DNA from: Candidatus Saccharimonadota bacterium
GTDB lineage: Bacteria > Pseudomonadota > Gammaproteobacteria > Enterobacterales > Enterobacteriaceae
Direction of reading: 5' to 3'
NCBI GenBank assembly: GCA_041941765.1
Contig: CP145869.1
Span: 300,001 to 332,000, forward strand
Length of the DNA stretch: 32,000 nt
Shown: in pieces, positions 1 to 11,929 of the stretch
Numbering within the stretch: the stretch's first letter is position 1
Layout of the letters: each line of letters begins with the position of its first letter
The notes under the pieces: generated by a model
Told to the model about the DNA's origin: nothing
Seen by the model: the letters and a program-made list of their open reading frames with translations, nothing else
The model's database searches: none
Program-made: the position numbers and the translations under genes

Positions 1-2223
1 GACTCTACAACAGATAATCTTTTAGCTGCTATTTGGTATAAATCCCAACAAGGGTTTGGTTATGCTACTATTGATATTAGTTCGGGTGATTTCAGATTAG
101 TAGAACCACATGATAAAGAAAGTATGATCTCAGAAATTTATAGAACTAATCCTGCCGAAATTCTGTATCCTGAAGAATTTGATGCTTATGAAATTATTGA
201 ACATCGTAAAGCGATACGTCGGCGTCCACTCTGGGAATTTGAATTAGATTCTGCACGTCAACAATTAAATCTTCAATTTGGTACTCGTGAACTGAATGGA
301 TTTGGTGTGAATCATGCTAATCGAGCTTTACGATGTGCCGGATGTTTACTGCAATATATTAAAAATACTCAGCAAACTACTCTTCCTCATATTCGATCTA
401 TAAAATTTGAGAATCAACAAGATACTATTATTATGGATGTAACAACTCTCCGTAACTTAGAAATTACACAAAATATTTCGGGAGGTTATAATAATACATT
501 ATCATCTATATTAGATAATACAGTAACTCCGATGGGAAGTAGACTGTTGAAACGTTGGTTACATAAACCTACACGAAATATACAAATAGTTTATAGCCGT
601 CAAAACAGTATAGAGATACTACTGCAAAATATTATGCTTAATACTACTATTAAAACCATCTTACGTAACATAGGAGATTTTGAACGTATTATAGCACGTT
701 TAGCATTACGGACTGCTAAACCTCGTGATTTTGTACGTATACGTAAGATTTTTCAGCAGCTACCTAAAATACATGATTTACTTATTACGGTTCAGATTAA
801 ATCTGATTTGATTCAAGACATAATAAATAAAATTGGAAATTTTGAACCATTATTGCAATTATTAGAACGTGCTCTAGTTGAAAATCCTCCCAGTTTAATA
901 AGAGATGGAGGGGTCATTGCTACTGGATATAATGTTGAGTTAGATAAATTACGTGTCTTTTCTAATGGCGCTAGTAATTATTTAACTAACTTAGAAAGTA
1001 TGGAACGTGAAAAATCTGGATTAGATAATCTCAAAATTGGATTTAATGCTATTCATGGTTATTATATTCAAGTAAATCGTAGTCAAAGTAATCGTGTTCC
1101 TACCAATTATATACGACGTCAAACTCTCAAAAATCATGAGCGTTATATTATTCCAGAATTAAAAAAATATGAAGATAAAGTGTTAACTTCTAAAGCAAAA
1201 AGTTTAGCACTGGAAAAAAAATTGTATAATGAACTATTTGAAATGATTTTACCATATATTTCAGCTTTACAATTAAGTGCAAAAGCTCTAGCTGAACTTG
1301 ATGTTTTAATTAATCTGGCCGAACGTGCATGTGTCTTAAATTACTCTAAACCAATTTTAAGCCAGACTGACTGGGGCATAATTTTAAAAAATGCTCGTCA
1401 TCCTGTAGTTGAAAGGGTTAGAAATGAACCCTTCATTGCTAATCCATTATCATTAACATCACAGAATCGTCTAATTCTTATTACAGGTCCTAATATGGGT
1501 GGAAAAAGTACTTATATGCGTCAAACGGCACTCATTGTATTAATGACATATATTGGTAGTTATGTACCTGCTGAATACGCACAAATCGGTCCGATTGATA
1601 GAATTTTTACACGTATAGGATCTGCAGATGATTTAGCATCTAGTCGTTCAACTTTTATGGTTGAAATGACAGAAATAGCGAATATATTACATAATGCTAC
1701 AGAAAATAGTCTAGTATTGATAGATGAAATTGGAAGAGGTACATCAACATATGATGGTTTATCATTAGCATGGGCTAGTGCTGAAACCTTGGCTAGTAAG
1801 ATAAAATCTATGACAATGTTTGCTACACATTATTTGGAACTAACTTCTTTACAAGAACAAACCGAAGGAGTATTAAATCTATATTTTGATGCAATTGAAT
1901 ATGATACGAAAATTGCTTTTTTACATACTGTACATAAAGGAGCAGCAAAGAAAAGTTATGGTTTAGCTGTTGCGGCTTTAGCTGGAGTACCTAAATATGT
2001 TATAAATAGAGCAAGAGAAAAACTCCAAGATTTAGAAAAATTATGTAAAGATAATAATCTAATTTCATCAGGTTTTATTCCTTATTATGCTGAGAATGAG
2101 GCTTCTACACAATTTAAATTAAATCCCGTTATAATCAAATTACAAAGATTAAATCCTGACACTTTAACTCCACGTGAAGCATTAGAATTAATTTATGAAT
2201 TAAAAAATTTGGCGGTGGAATAA
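1..2223 (+). CDS. mutS: DNA mismatch repair protein MutS (5' end lies outside the window)
   Basis: Frame 1 is open from nt 1. It reads [41 protein letters not shown] before the ORF-track Met at 124, so the gene enters from the left edge. Walker [22 protein letters not shown] and the C-terminal [14 protein letters not shown] are colinear with E. coli MutS from memory. Confidence 0.95.
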   Translation, partial: DSTTDNLLAAIWYKSQQGFGYATIDISSGDFRLVEPHDKESMISEIYRTNPAEILYPEEFDAYEIIEHRKAIRRRPLWEFELDSARQQLNLQFGTRELNGFGVNHANRALRCAGCLLQYIKNTQQTTLPHIRSIKFENQQDTIIMDVTTLRNLEITQNISGGYNNTLSSILDNTVTPMGSRLLKRWLHKPTRNIQIVYSRQNSIEILLQNIMLNTTIKTILRNIGDFERIIARLALRTAKPRDFVRIRKIFQQLPKIHDLLITVQIKSDLIQDIINKIGNFEPLLQLLERALVENPPSLIRDGGVIATGYNVELDKLRVFSNGASNYLTNLESMEREKSGLDNLKIGFNAIHGYYIQVNRSQSNRVPTNYIRRQTLKNHERYIIPELKKYEDKVLTSKAKSLALEKKLYNELFEMILPYISALQLSAKALAELDVLINLAERACVLNYSKPILSQTDWGIILKNARHPVVERVRNEPFIANPLSLTSQNRLILITGPNMGGKSTYMRQTALIVLMTYIGSYVPAEYAQIGPIDRIFTRIGSADDLASSRSTFMVEMTEIANILHNATENSLVLIDEIGRGTSTYDGLSLAWASAETLASKIKSMTMFATHYLELTSLQEQTEGVLNLYFDAIEYDTKIAFLHTVHKGAAKKSYGLAVAALAGVPKYVINRAREKLQDLEKLCKDNNLISSGFIPYYAENEASTQFKLNPVIIKLQRLNPDTLTPREALELIYELKNLAVE

Positions 2224-2236
2224 AAAAATCCACCGC
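2212..2236 (-). terminator. Intrinsic-terminator-like hairpin between convergent mutS and rpoS
   Basis: Perfect 8-bp GC-rich inverted repeat: GCGGTGGA (2212-2219) and TCCACCGC (2229-2236), with a 9-nt loop. Read on the minus strand, the stem lies 20 nt after the rpoS stop and is followed by C-AAA-TTTTTT. On the plus strand it spans the mutS stop codon (2221-2223) but has no U tail. Confidence 0.6.
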
Positions 2237-2256
2237 AGTAAAAATTAATTGATTAA

Positions 2257-3249
2257 CTAACAAAAAAGACCTTCTATATTCAATCCGTGTGAATGTAAAA
2301 TGTCACGTAATTGGCGTAATGCTTCAACTTGAATTTGACGTACTCGTTCTCTTGTTAATCCAATTTCACGACCAACATCTTCAAGTGTTGAAGCTTCGTA
2401 ACCTAATAATCCAAATCTACGTGCTAATACTTCTCGTTGCTTAGCAGTAAGTTCATATAACCATTTTATAATACTTTCTTTCATATTTTCATATTGCGTG
2501 GTATCTTCAGGACCTAAGTATTTTTCATCAGCTAAAATATCTAGTAAAATTTTGTCTGACTCATTATTATAAAAAGGTGTATCTACTGAAGAGATATGTT
2601 CATTAAGTCGAAGCATACGGTTTACATTAGCAAGAGGTTTATCAAGTTGTATTGCAATTTCTTGAGCACTAGGTTCATGATCTCGTTTATGTAATAACTC
2701 ACGAGAAGTACGTAAATAAATATTTAATTCTTTTACAATATGAATAGGTAATCTAATAGTACGTGTTTGATTCATAATAGCTCGTTCTATAGTTTGACGA
2801 ATCCACCAGGTAGCGTAAGTTGAAAAACGGAATCCTCTTTCTGGATCAAACTTTTCTACTGCCCTAATAAGCCCAACATTTCCTTCTTCTATTAAATCAA
2901 GTAATGCTAAACCTCTATTACTATAACGACGAGCAATTTTTACTACTAAACGTAAATTACTTACTATCATACGTTTACGTGAAGTAATATCACCTAATAA
3001 AGCACGTTTTGAAAACAGTATTTCTTCTTCTGGCGTTAATAATGGAGAAAATCCAATTTCTCCTAAATAAAGCTGTGTAACATCTAACACACGTTGTGTT
3101 GTTGTAAAATCAGTAATTTCATTTCTTCTACCAAAATCAGTAAATTTATTGTCATCAAAAACATCAGTGAAGATTTCTTCTAGTTGTTCTTCATGGTTTC
3201 CTTCATCTAATAACTGTAAATCATTCAATTCCAGTAGGTTTTGGCTCAT
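2257..3249 (-). CDS. rpoS: RNA polymerase sigma factor RpoS (sigma-38)
   Basis: 330 aa, the same length as E. coli RpoS. Near-identical core blocks: [94 protein letters not shown] and [20 protein letters not shown]. Strong SD AAGGAG (complement of 3255-3260) lies 5 nt before the ATG. Confidence 0.93.
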   Translation of the reverse strand: MSQNLLELNDLQLLDEGNHEEQLEEIFTDVFDDNKFTDFGRRNEITDFTTTQRVLDVTQLYLGEIGFSPLLTPEEEILFSKRALLGDITSRKRMIVSNLRLVVKIARRYSNRGLALLDLIEEGNVGLIRAVEKFDPERGFRFSTYATWWIRQTIERAIMNQTRTIRLPIHIVKELNIYLRTSRELLHKRDHEPSAQEIAIQLDKPLANVNRMLRLNEHISSVDTPFYNNESDKILLDILADEKYLGPEDTTQYENMKESIIKWLYELTAKQREVLARRFGLLGYEASTLEDVGREIGLTRERVRQIQVEALRQLRDILHSHGLNIEGLFC

Positions 3250-3266
3250 AATAGCTCCTTACCTAT

Positions 3267-3292
3267 AAAAACCACACTAATCGAATTAGTGT
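3267..3292 (-). promoter_or_regulatory. Stem-loop plus U5 run in the rpoS leader, immediately 5' of the SD
   Basis: On the minus strand: ACACUAAU (3292-3285), loop UCG, AUUAGUGU (3281-3274), then GG and UUUUU (3271-3267). Six further nt lead to AAGGAG and the ATG. The stem has only 2 G-C pairs out of 8. Its function is not established. Confidence 0.3.
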
Positions 3293-3411
3293 TAATTTTA
3301 GCTAATGTTTTATTTCTCTTGATTAATTAATTGTTCAGATTAATTTCTTTTGTATGATAAATTTCGTTGGGATTTTGGAAAAAATTATTTCTTTTGACTG
3401 GTTTTTTATAT

Positions 3412-3434
3412 TCCAAAAAAGACACTTTTTTGGA
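3412..3434. repeat. 10-bp perfect inverted repeat with 3-nt spacer in the ispF-rpoS spacer
   Basis: TCCAAAAAAG (3412-3421), ACA, CTTTTTTGGA (3425-3434). There is no U tail on either strand. The repeat itself is certain; its function is unknown, and one or two such repeats are expected by chance in 32 kb of this composition. Confidence 0.5.
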
Positions 3435-3638
3435 CCATATGAGTTTGATATGAAGAAGATTATTTTATTGGAATGATTAACATTTTGAAGAACATAATTA
3501 TCTTGTCGTATCAATTCAATCAATATAAATTGTAAAATTATGTAAAATAATATCCATCCATGAATACTATTTATTCATTATAGTCTTTGGATATTTTATT
3601 TGCTGCATTATACAAAAATATTTTAATTTATATCTTAC

Positions 3639-4121
3639 TTATAGTTGTTGAAGTAATAATATAATTGCATGACAAGCAATTCCTTCTTTACGTCCAATAA
3701 ATCCTAATTTTTCAGTAGTTGTTGCTTTAATATTTACTTGGTTTAATTTACATTGAAGATCTTTAGATATATTCATACGCATAGGTGTGACATAGGGAAG
3801 AATTAAAGGAATTTCAGTAATAATGGTAATATCAATATTACCTATTATATAATACATATCTCGAATTTGTTGCCAACAAGTATGTAGTAGACTTCTACTG
3901 TTTGCTGATTTATAAGTTTCATTATCATTTGGAAATAATGTCCCAATATCGCCAAGTGCAACAGCACCTAACAATGCATCCATAACCGCATGAAGAACAA
4001 CATCACCATCAGAGTGAGAAAGAACGCCTGGTATATTAGGTATTGTTACTCCTCCAAGAATAAGTTTTTTGTCTAGTTGTGAAGAAAAAGCATGAATATC
4101 AAAGCCATGACCAATACGCAT
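3639..4121 (-). CDS. ispF: 2-C-methyl-D-erythritol 2,4-cyclodiphosphate synthase
   Basis: 160 aa (E. coli 159). MRIGHGFD.HAF and SD.DV..HA..DALLGA..LGDIG..FP are the IspF zinc and substrate motifs. The start overlaps the ispD stop by 1 nt (TAATG on the minus strand at 4119-4123). Confidence 0.95.
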   Translation of the reverse strand: MRIGHGFDIHAFSSQLDKKLILGGVTIPNIPGVLSHSDGDVVLHAVMDALLGAVALGDIGTLFPNDNETYKSANSRSLLHTCWQQIRDMYYIIGNIDITIITEIPLILPYVTPMRMNISKDLQCKLNQVNIKATTTEKLGFIGRKEGIACHAIILLLQQL

Positions 4122-4855
4122 TATGTATTATCTCTATTTATATATTTGTTTTGTATATAAAACTTAGCTAATTCTAGATCTTCAGGGTATGTAATCTTAA
4201 TATTATCAGTACGTCCAACAATTAATGATGGATAATAACCACAATATTCTAAAGCCGAAGAATCATCAGTAAGTTCAATATTTTTTTTTAAAGCATGTTG
4301 TAAACATTTACGGAATAAAGTTATAGGAAATAACTGTGGTGTTAAAGCATGCCATAAATTCTTACGTTTAATTGTATAAGATATTATTGGTTGATTTAAT
4401 TGACTTCTTTTAATAGTATCACGCACTGGAGCTACTAATATACCACCAATAGAATTAATATGTCTGATAGATAATAAACGATCTAAATCTTTACGACATA
4501 AAAAAGGACGTACGGCATCGTGAATAAGAATCCATTTTTCTGGCGAATCATTTTTAATGGCTTGTAATCCTGCCATAACGGAACCAGCTCGAGTGTTATC
4601 ACCAATAATAGTTGTAATACGTTTTTTATAATTTCTTAGTATAGATAATGAGTGAAACCATTTATCATGACAATTTAAAACTATAATTATGCGATTAATA
4701 AGTGGATGTTCTAATAAAATTGCTAATGTATATTCTATAATAGTTTTACCATTAATAGTAACGTATTGTTTCGGATAAGAAGATTGCATTCTTTTTCCGC
4801 TTCCTGCCGCCGGAATAATAGCAGCAATATTGGAAATATTTTTTGTCAAATCCAT
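4121..4855 (-). CDS. ispD: 2-C-methyl-D-erythritol 4-phosphate cytidylyltransferase
   Basis: AAIIPAAGSGKRM, GGILVAPVRDT.KR, LWHALTPQ.F and ALE..G..P.L..GR.DNIK.T.PEDL match IspD. I set the start at the second Met (4855), which aligns best with the E. coli N-terminus. The ORF-track Met at 4885 is an alternative. Confidence 0.9.
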   Translation of the reverse strand: MDLTKNISNIAAIIPAAGSGKRMQSSYPKQYVTINGKTIIEYTLAILLEHPLINRIIIVLNCHDKWFHSLSILRNYKKRITTIIGDNTRAGSVMAGLQAIKNDSPEKWILIHDAVRPFLCRKDLDRLLSIRHINSIGGILVAPVRDTIKRSQLNQPIISYTIKRKNLWHALTPQLFPITLFRKCLQHALKKNIELTDDSSALEYCGYYPSLIVGRTDNIKITYPEDLELAKFYIQNKYINRDNT

Positions 4856-4890
4856 ATTTTTAATTTTGAGAAGATTGAAAAACATCTGAA

Positions 4891-6189
4891 TTAATTATTA
4901 TTAAATCTCATTACTTTGCTAAATGAAATCTGATTTCCTAAAACTTCTTCAATACGAAGAAGCCGATTATATTTAGCCACTCTTTCAGATCTACTTAGAG
5001 AACCAGTTTTAATTTGAGATGCTGCAGTTCCTACTGCTAAATCGGCAATTATTGTATCTTCTGTTTCACCAGAACGGTGAGATATAATTACTTCATAACC
5101 TGATAACTGAGCCATTTTTATAGTATCTAAAGTTTCACTTAAGGTTCCAATTTGATTTAATTTAATAATTATAGAATTAGCAATATTCTTTTGAATTCCT
5201 TGTCGCAGTCTATTTTTATTAGTAACAAAGAGATCATCTCCAACAATCTGTATTTTTTTCCCTAATCGTAGGGTTTGGTATGCAAAACCTTCCCAATCAG
5301 ATTCATGAAGTCCATCTTCAATAGATACTATTGGATAGTTTTGTGATAATTGTTCAAGATAATGTGTTAGTTCTTTTGAAGAAAAATCTTGAGTTTCACT
5401 AGCAAGTATATATCTTTTGGATTTATCATTAAACCATTCTGAAGCTGCACAATCTATGGCGAGGAGAATATCTTTACCTACGATATAACCTGATATTTCT
5501 ATAGCATCAATAATATAATTTAATGCCTCTACATGAGATCCTAAATTAGGAGCATAACCACCTTCATAACCAACAGCATTATTCATACTGGATTCTCTCA
5601 GTCTTTTTCCTAAATGAAAAAATATCTCACAACCCATCTGAATAGCTTTTTTTATATTAGTTGCTGCAATCGGTATAATCATAAATTCTTGAATATCAAG
5701 ATTATTATTAGCGTGTTTTCCCCCATTAAGAATATTCATCAGAGGAAGTGGCATTAAATATTTTCCTGAGGTTCCATGTAATTCAGAAATATATTCATAT
5801 AGTGCTATTTTTTTTACTGACGCTGCTGCTCTTACATTAGCTAATGAAACAGCTAAAATAGAATTTGCTCCTAATTTAGATTTATTTTTAGTACCATCTA
5901 AATTAATCATAATATTATCAATATGTTGTTGATCCATGACATCTTGACCTATTAATGAGGGAGCAATATTATTATTAATAATAAAAATAGATTTTTTTAC
6001 TCCTTGTCCAAAAAAACGAGATGGATCTCCATCACGAATTTCTAATGCTTCATAAGAACCTATCGAGGATCCTGATGGAACCGAAGCTATTCCAATTGAT
6101 CCACATGCTACATGAATTTCAGCTTCAACCGTAGGATAACCACGAGAATCGATAATTTCACGACTAATGACTTTTATTATTTTAGACAT
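4891..6189 (-). CDS. eno: Enolase
   Basis: From Met-9 of the track ORF the protein begins [27 protein letters not shown] (E. coli [27 protein letters not shown]) and is 432 aa like E. coli. [10 protein letters not shown] and IKTGS.SRS.R.AKYN are present. Confidence 0.97.
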   Translation of the reverse strand: MSKIIKVISREIIDSRGYPTVEAEIHVACGSIGIASVPSGSSIGSYEALEIRDGDPSRFFGQGVKKSIFIINNNIAPSLIGQDVMDQQHIDNIMINLDGTKNKSKLGANSILAVSLANVRAAASVKKIALYEYISELHGTSGKYLMPLPLMNILNGGKHANNNLDIQEFMIIPIAATNIKKAIQMGCEIFFHLGKRLRESSMNNAVGYEGGYAPNLGSHVEALNYIIDAIEISGYIVGKDILLAIDCAASEWFNDKSKRYILASETQDFSSKELTHYLEQLSQNYPIVSIEDGLHESDWEGFAYQTLRLGKKIQIVGDDLFVTNKNRLRQGIQKNIANSIIIKLNQIGTLSETLDTIKMAQLSGYEVIISHRSGETEDTIIADLAVGTAASQIKTGSLSRSERVAKYNRLLRIEEVLGNQISFSKVMRFNNN

Positions 6190-6219
6190 TAACAAATCTC
6201 TCTCTTCTAACAAATTGTT

Positions 6220-8903
<2,684 letters not shown>

Positions 8904-8924
8904 CTCAAAATATAAATCAACGAT

Positions 8925-9767
8925 TTAATCTTTCTTTTGTCCTTTAGTAACTCTTTCATTTTTACCATAATCAAAATAAGTTAAAATTTTTTGAAATTGA
9001 TTCTTTCTCATGAGATTACGTACATCTTGACCCTGTAACCAACCATGTTCTACTAGTAACCATCCAGATGGTTTGAGATATTTAGCCGCATTAGAAATAA
9101 TTGTTTTTAGATCAAAAAAACCACGTTCTTTTGAAATTAAAGCATTTTTCGGTTCAAAACGTAAATCACCGTGTTGTAAATGTTTATCTAAAGCATCAAT
9201 GTAGGGTGGATTACTAACAATCACATGAAAATTATGATCATAAAGTTCACTAAACCAATTGCTATAAATAAAAGAAACATTCTGTATATTTAATTTTTTA
9301 GCATTTTGCTGTGCTAATAATAAAGTATCTTTATTATTATCAACTCCTAAGATAAAACAATTAGGACGTTCTACAGCTATAGCTAATGAAATAGCTCCGG
9401 TACCGGTTCCTAAATCTAATACTGATATAGTAAGATTTTTTTTTATATGTAAGATTGCTTCTGACACTAATATCTCAGTATCAGCTCTCGGAATGAAAGA
9501 TATTGGAGATACACTAAGAGGTAAAGACCAAAATTCTTGTTTTTCTATAATATATGCAATAGGTTCACCATTCCTTCTTCTTTTTAAAACAGATTTGAAT
9601 TTTTCAGCTTCACTTTGATTTAGTATATATACATCCTCAAAAGTTTTTAACCAAGTTAAAGATTGTCCCGTAACAAATTCTAACAACACTTCCACATCAT
9701 ATTTAGGAGTTGTACTAACATTAATAAGCATTGATTTAGCAAAATTCAACCAACTTTTAATATTCAT
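8925..9767 (-). CDS. prmC: Release-factor glutamine N5-methyltransferase
   Basis: 280 aa. GEPIAYI...EFWSL.L.VSP...IPR.DTE, SAM motif LDLGTGTGAI, catalytic SNPPYI and the C-terminal DYG.NERVT are present. It lies directly downstream of prfA, as in E. coli. Confidence 0.9.
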   Translation of the reverse strand: MNIKSWLNFAKSMLINVSTTPKYDVEVLLEFVTGQSLTWLKTFEDVYILNQSEAEKFKSVLKRRRNGEPIAYIIEKQEFWSLPLSVSPISFIPRADTEILVSEAILHIKKNLTISVLDLGTGTGAISLAIAVERPNCFILGVDNNKDTLLLAQQNAKKLNIQNVSFIYSNWFSELYDHNFHVIVSNPPYIDALDKHLQHGDLRFEPKNALISKERGFFDLKTIISNAAKYLKPSGWLLVEHGWLQGQDVRNLMRKNQFQKILTYFDYGKNERVTKGQKKD

Positions 9768-9778
9768 AATGAATAATT

Positions 9779-10855
9779 TTATTGAAACTCTTTGATTTGT
9801 ATTAGTTCATTAGCTTGATGTTCTTGTAATAAAGGATCAATAATTATATCTAAATTTCCTGTCATTATATCTTCTATATAATAAATAGTAAGATTAATTC
9901 TATGATCAGTAACACGACCCTGTGGAAAATTATAAGTACGACTTCGATCAGAACGATCACCACTTCCTAATAAATGACGACGTTTTTTAGTTTCTTCCTG
10001 ATGAATTTTTGTCATTTCTGCCGCATGAATACGGGATTTGAGTACATCTAAGGCTTTGGATTTATTTTTATGCTGTGAACGTTCATCTTGACATTCTACT
10101 ACAATACCAGTCGGTAAATGAGTAATCCGTATAGCTGAATCAGTCGTATTAACATGCTGTCCACCAGCTCCTGACGATCTAAAAGTATCTATTTTTAAAT
10201 CTTCCATTTTAATGTTAATTAATTCTGTAGGGGGTAGTTCAGGCATAACAGCTACCGTACATGTAGAAGTATGTATACGTCCTTGCGATTCGGTTTTAGG
10301 AACTCGTTGTACTCGATGACCTCCCGATTCAAATTTTAAACGTCCATATGCTTGTTTTCCTGTTACTTTAGTTATAAGTGTTTTATAACCACCACCTTCT
10401 GCTTCACTATAACTTATAATTTGTATATTCCACCCACGTTTTATAGCATAATTACTATACATTTTGAATAAGTCACTCACAAAAAGCGCTGCTTCATTTC
10501 CACCTGTTCCAGCACGTATCTCAATATAACAATTATTTTCATCATTCGAATCTTTAGATAATAATAATCGTTGTAATTTATCCTCAATAATAGCTTGATT
10601 TGCATAAATTTTATTTAACTCATCATGTGCTAAATCTCGTATTTCATAATCTTCGAGTAAGAGAGTTATATCTTTGATATTTTCTTGTAGATTCTGCCAT
10701 TGAATAAAATATTTTATTATTTCAGATAATTTAATATATTCACGAGATAACTTCTGAACATTAGAATAGTGAGTCGTTGATTGACTAAGTAGTAATTCTA
10801 TTTCTTCATAACGTTTTTTTAATAATTCTAATTTAGCAATTAAAGAACTTTTCAT
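9779..10855 (-). CDS. prfA: Peptide chain release factor 1
   Basis: GGQ motif ([39 protein letters not shown]), the PxT-type region [16 protein letters not shown] and [25 protein letters not shown] are present. The track start at 10873 is TTG. The first ATG (10855) gives [11 protein letters not shown], which aligns with E. coli MKPSIVAKLEAL. Confidence 0.95.
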   Translation of the reverse strand: MKSSLIAKLELLKKRYEEIELLLSQSTTHYSNVQKLSREYIKLSEIIKYFIQWQNLQENIKDITLLLEDYEIRDLAHDELNKIYANQAIIEDKLQRLLLSKDSNDENNCYIEIRAGTGGNEAALFVSDLFKMYSNYAIKRGWNIQIISYSEAEGGGYKTLITKVTGKQAYGRLKFESGGHRVQRVPKTESQGRIHTSTCTVAVMPELPPTELINIKMEDLKIDTFRSSGAGGQHVNTTDSAIRITHLPTGIVVECQDERSQHKNKSKALDVLKSRIHAAEMTKIHQEETKKRRHLLGSGDRSDRSRTYNFPQGRVTDHRINLTIYYIEDIMTGNLDIIIDPLLQEHQANELIQIKEFQ

Positions 10856-10995
10856 CTCATTGATTAAATTCAATCAGTTTGACTATAACCTTAACATTTT
10901 ACAGCCGAATTCATAAAAATTATTTTTATTATAATAAAAATTATAATATATATAAATATATAGATACATTTTCTATAAAAACATTGGAGATTAAA

Positions 10996-11862
10996 ATGAT
11001 TACTTGGCCATCACCAGCAAAATTAAATCTTTTTCTTTATATTAATGGTCAATATTCTAATGGATATCATCAGTTACAAACACTTATTTGTTTTTTATCG
11101 TATTGGGATACTATAACTATTATTCCAAATAATCGGGGTAAAATTACCTTATATTCCTCTCTCAAAGAGATACCAATGGAAAATAATCTTATTGTTCGAG
11201 CTGGAAAATTATTACAGCAATATATTGTGAAAAAAAATTTATTCTTCAAAAATCCAGGTGCAGAGATTACATTAATAAAAAGATTACCAATTGGTGGTGG
11301 ATTAGGAGGAGGATCATCTAATGCTGCAACTACCTTAATTGCACTAAATTATCTTTGGAATACTCATTTAACTATAGATGATTTAACTTTTTTAGGTTTA
11401 CAATTAGGATGTGATGTTCCGGTTTTTGTAAAAGGTTATGCAGCTTTTGCTGAAGGATTAGGACATAAATTACAACCAGTTCAATTACCAGAAAAATGGT
11501 ATTTAATTTTAGTACCTGATATTCAAATTTCTACTGCTTTAATTTTTAAAGATCCAGAATTAAAAAGAAATACTCCAATTCGTACATTACAAGAATTATT
11601 ATATATAACACCTTTCTCTAATGATTGTGAATGGATAGTTAGAAAACGTTATCAAGAAATTGAAAAAATATTTCAGTGTTTATCAAACAATGCAATAATC
11701 TCACGTATGACAGGAACAGGTAGTTGTATTTTTTGCGAATTTGATAATAAATTTATGGCGTATCATCTTCTTAAACAGTTTTCAAAATGGAAATATCATG
11801 CATTTATTGCACAAGGGTTAAATATTTCTCCTTTACATAGTTTCTATTCAATCATTAGGTAA
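10996..11862 (+). CDS. ispE: 4-diphosphocytidyl-2-C-methyl-D-erythritol kinase
   Basis: From the Met at 10996: [22 protein letters not shown].LQTL (E. coli [20 protein letters not shown]). GHMP kinase loop [14 protein letters not shown] is present. SD GGAGA lies at 10986-10990. The 39 upstream codons in the track ORF start with TTG and are low-complexity. Confidence 0.93.
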   Translation: [288 protein letters not shown]

Positions 11863-11929
11863 TTAATGAAATTTTATAATAGAATATTTATAATAAATAA
11901 GATAAATAATGTTTATTGGATTAAATCAT

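Noticed and set aside
3335-3523. 62-aa ORF in the ispF-rpoS spacer as a real gene
   Set aside because: The sequence is low-complexity and I/K/N/F-rich, as is typical of translated AT-rich spacer. It has no SD and no resemblance to NlpD, Pcm, SurE or TruD. A 10-bp inverted repeat lies inside it. It is most likely a chance ORF; only conservation or expression data could rescue it.
3531-3550. Tandem 10-mer TGTAAAATTA/TGTAAAATAA as a repeat element or binding-site pair
   Set aside because: There are only two copies, of low complexity, with no further copies noticed in other spacers. It is consistent with a slippage duplication. I mention it under the spacer finding but do not call it a feature.
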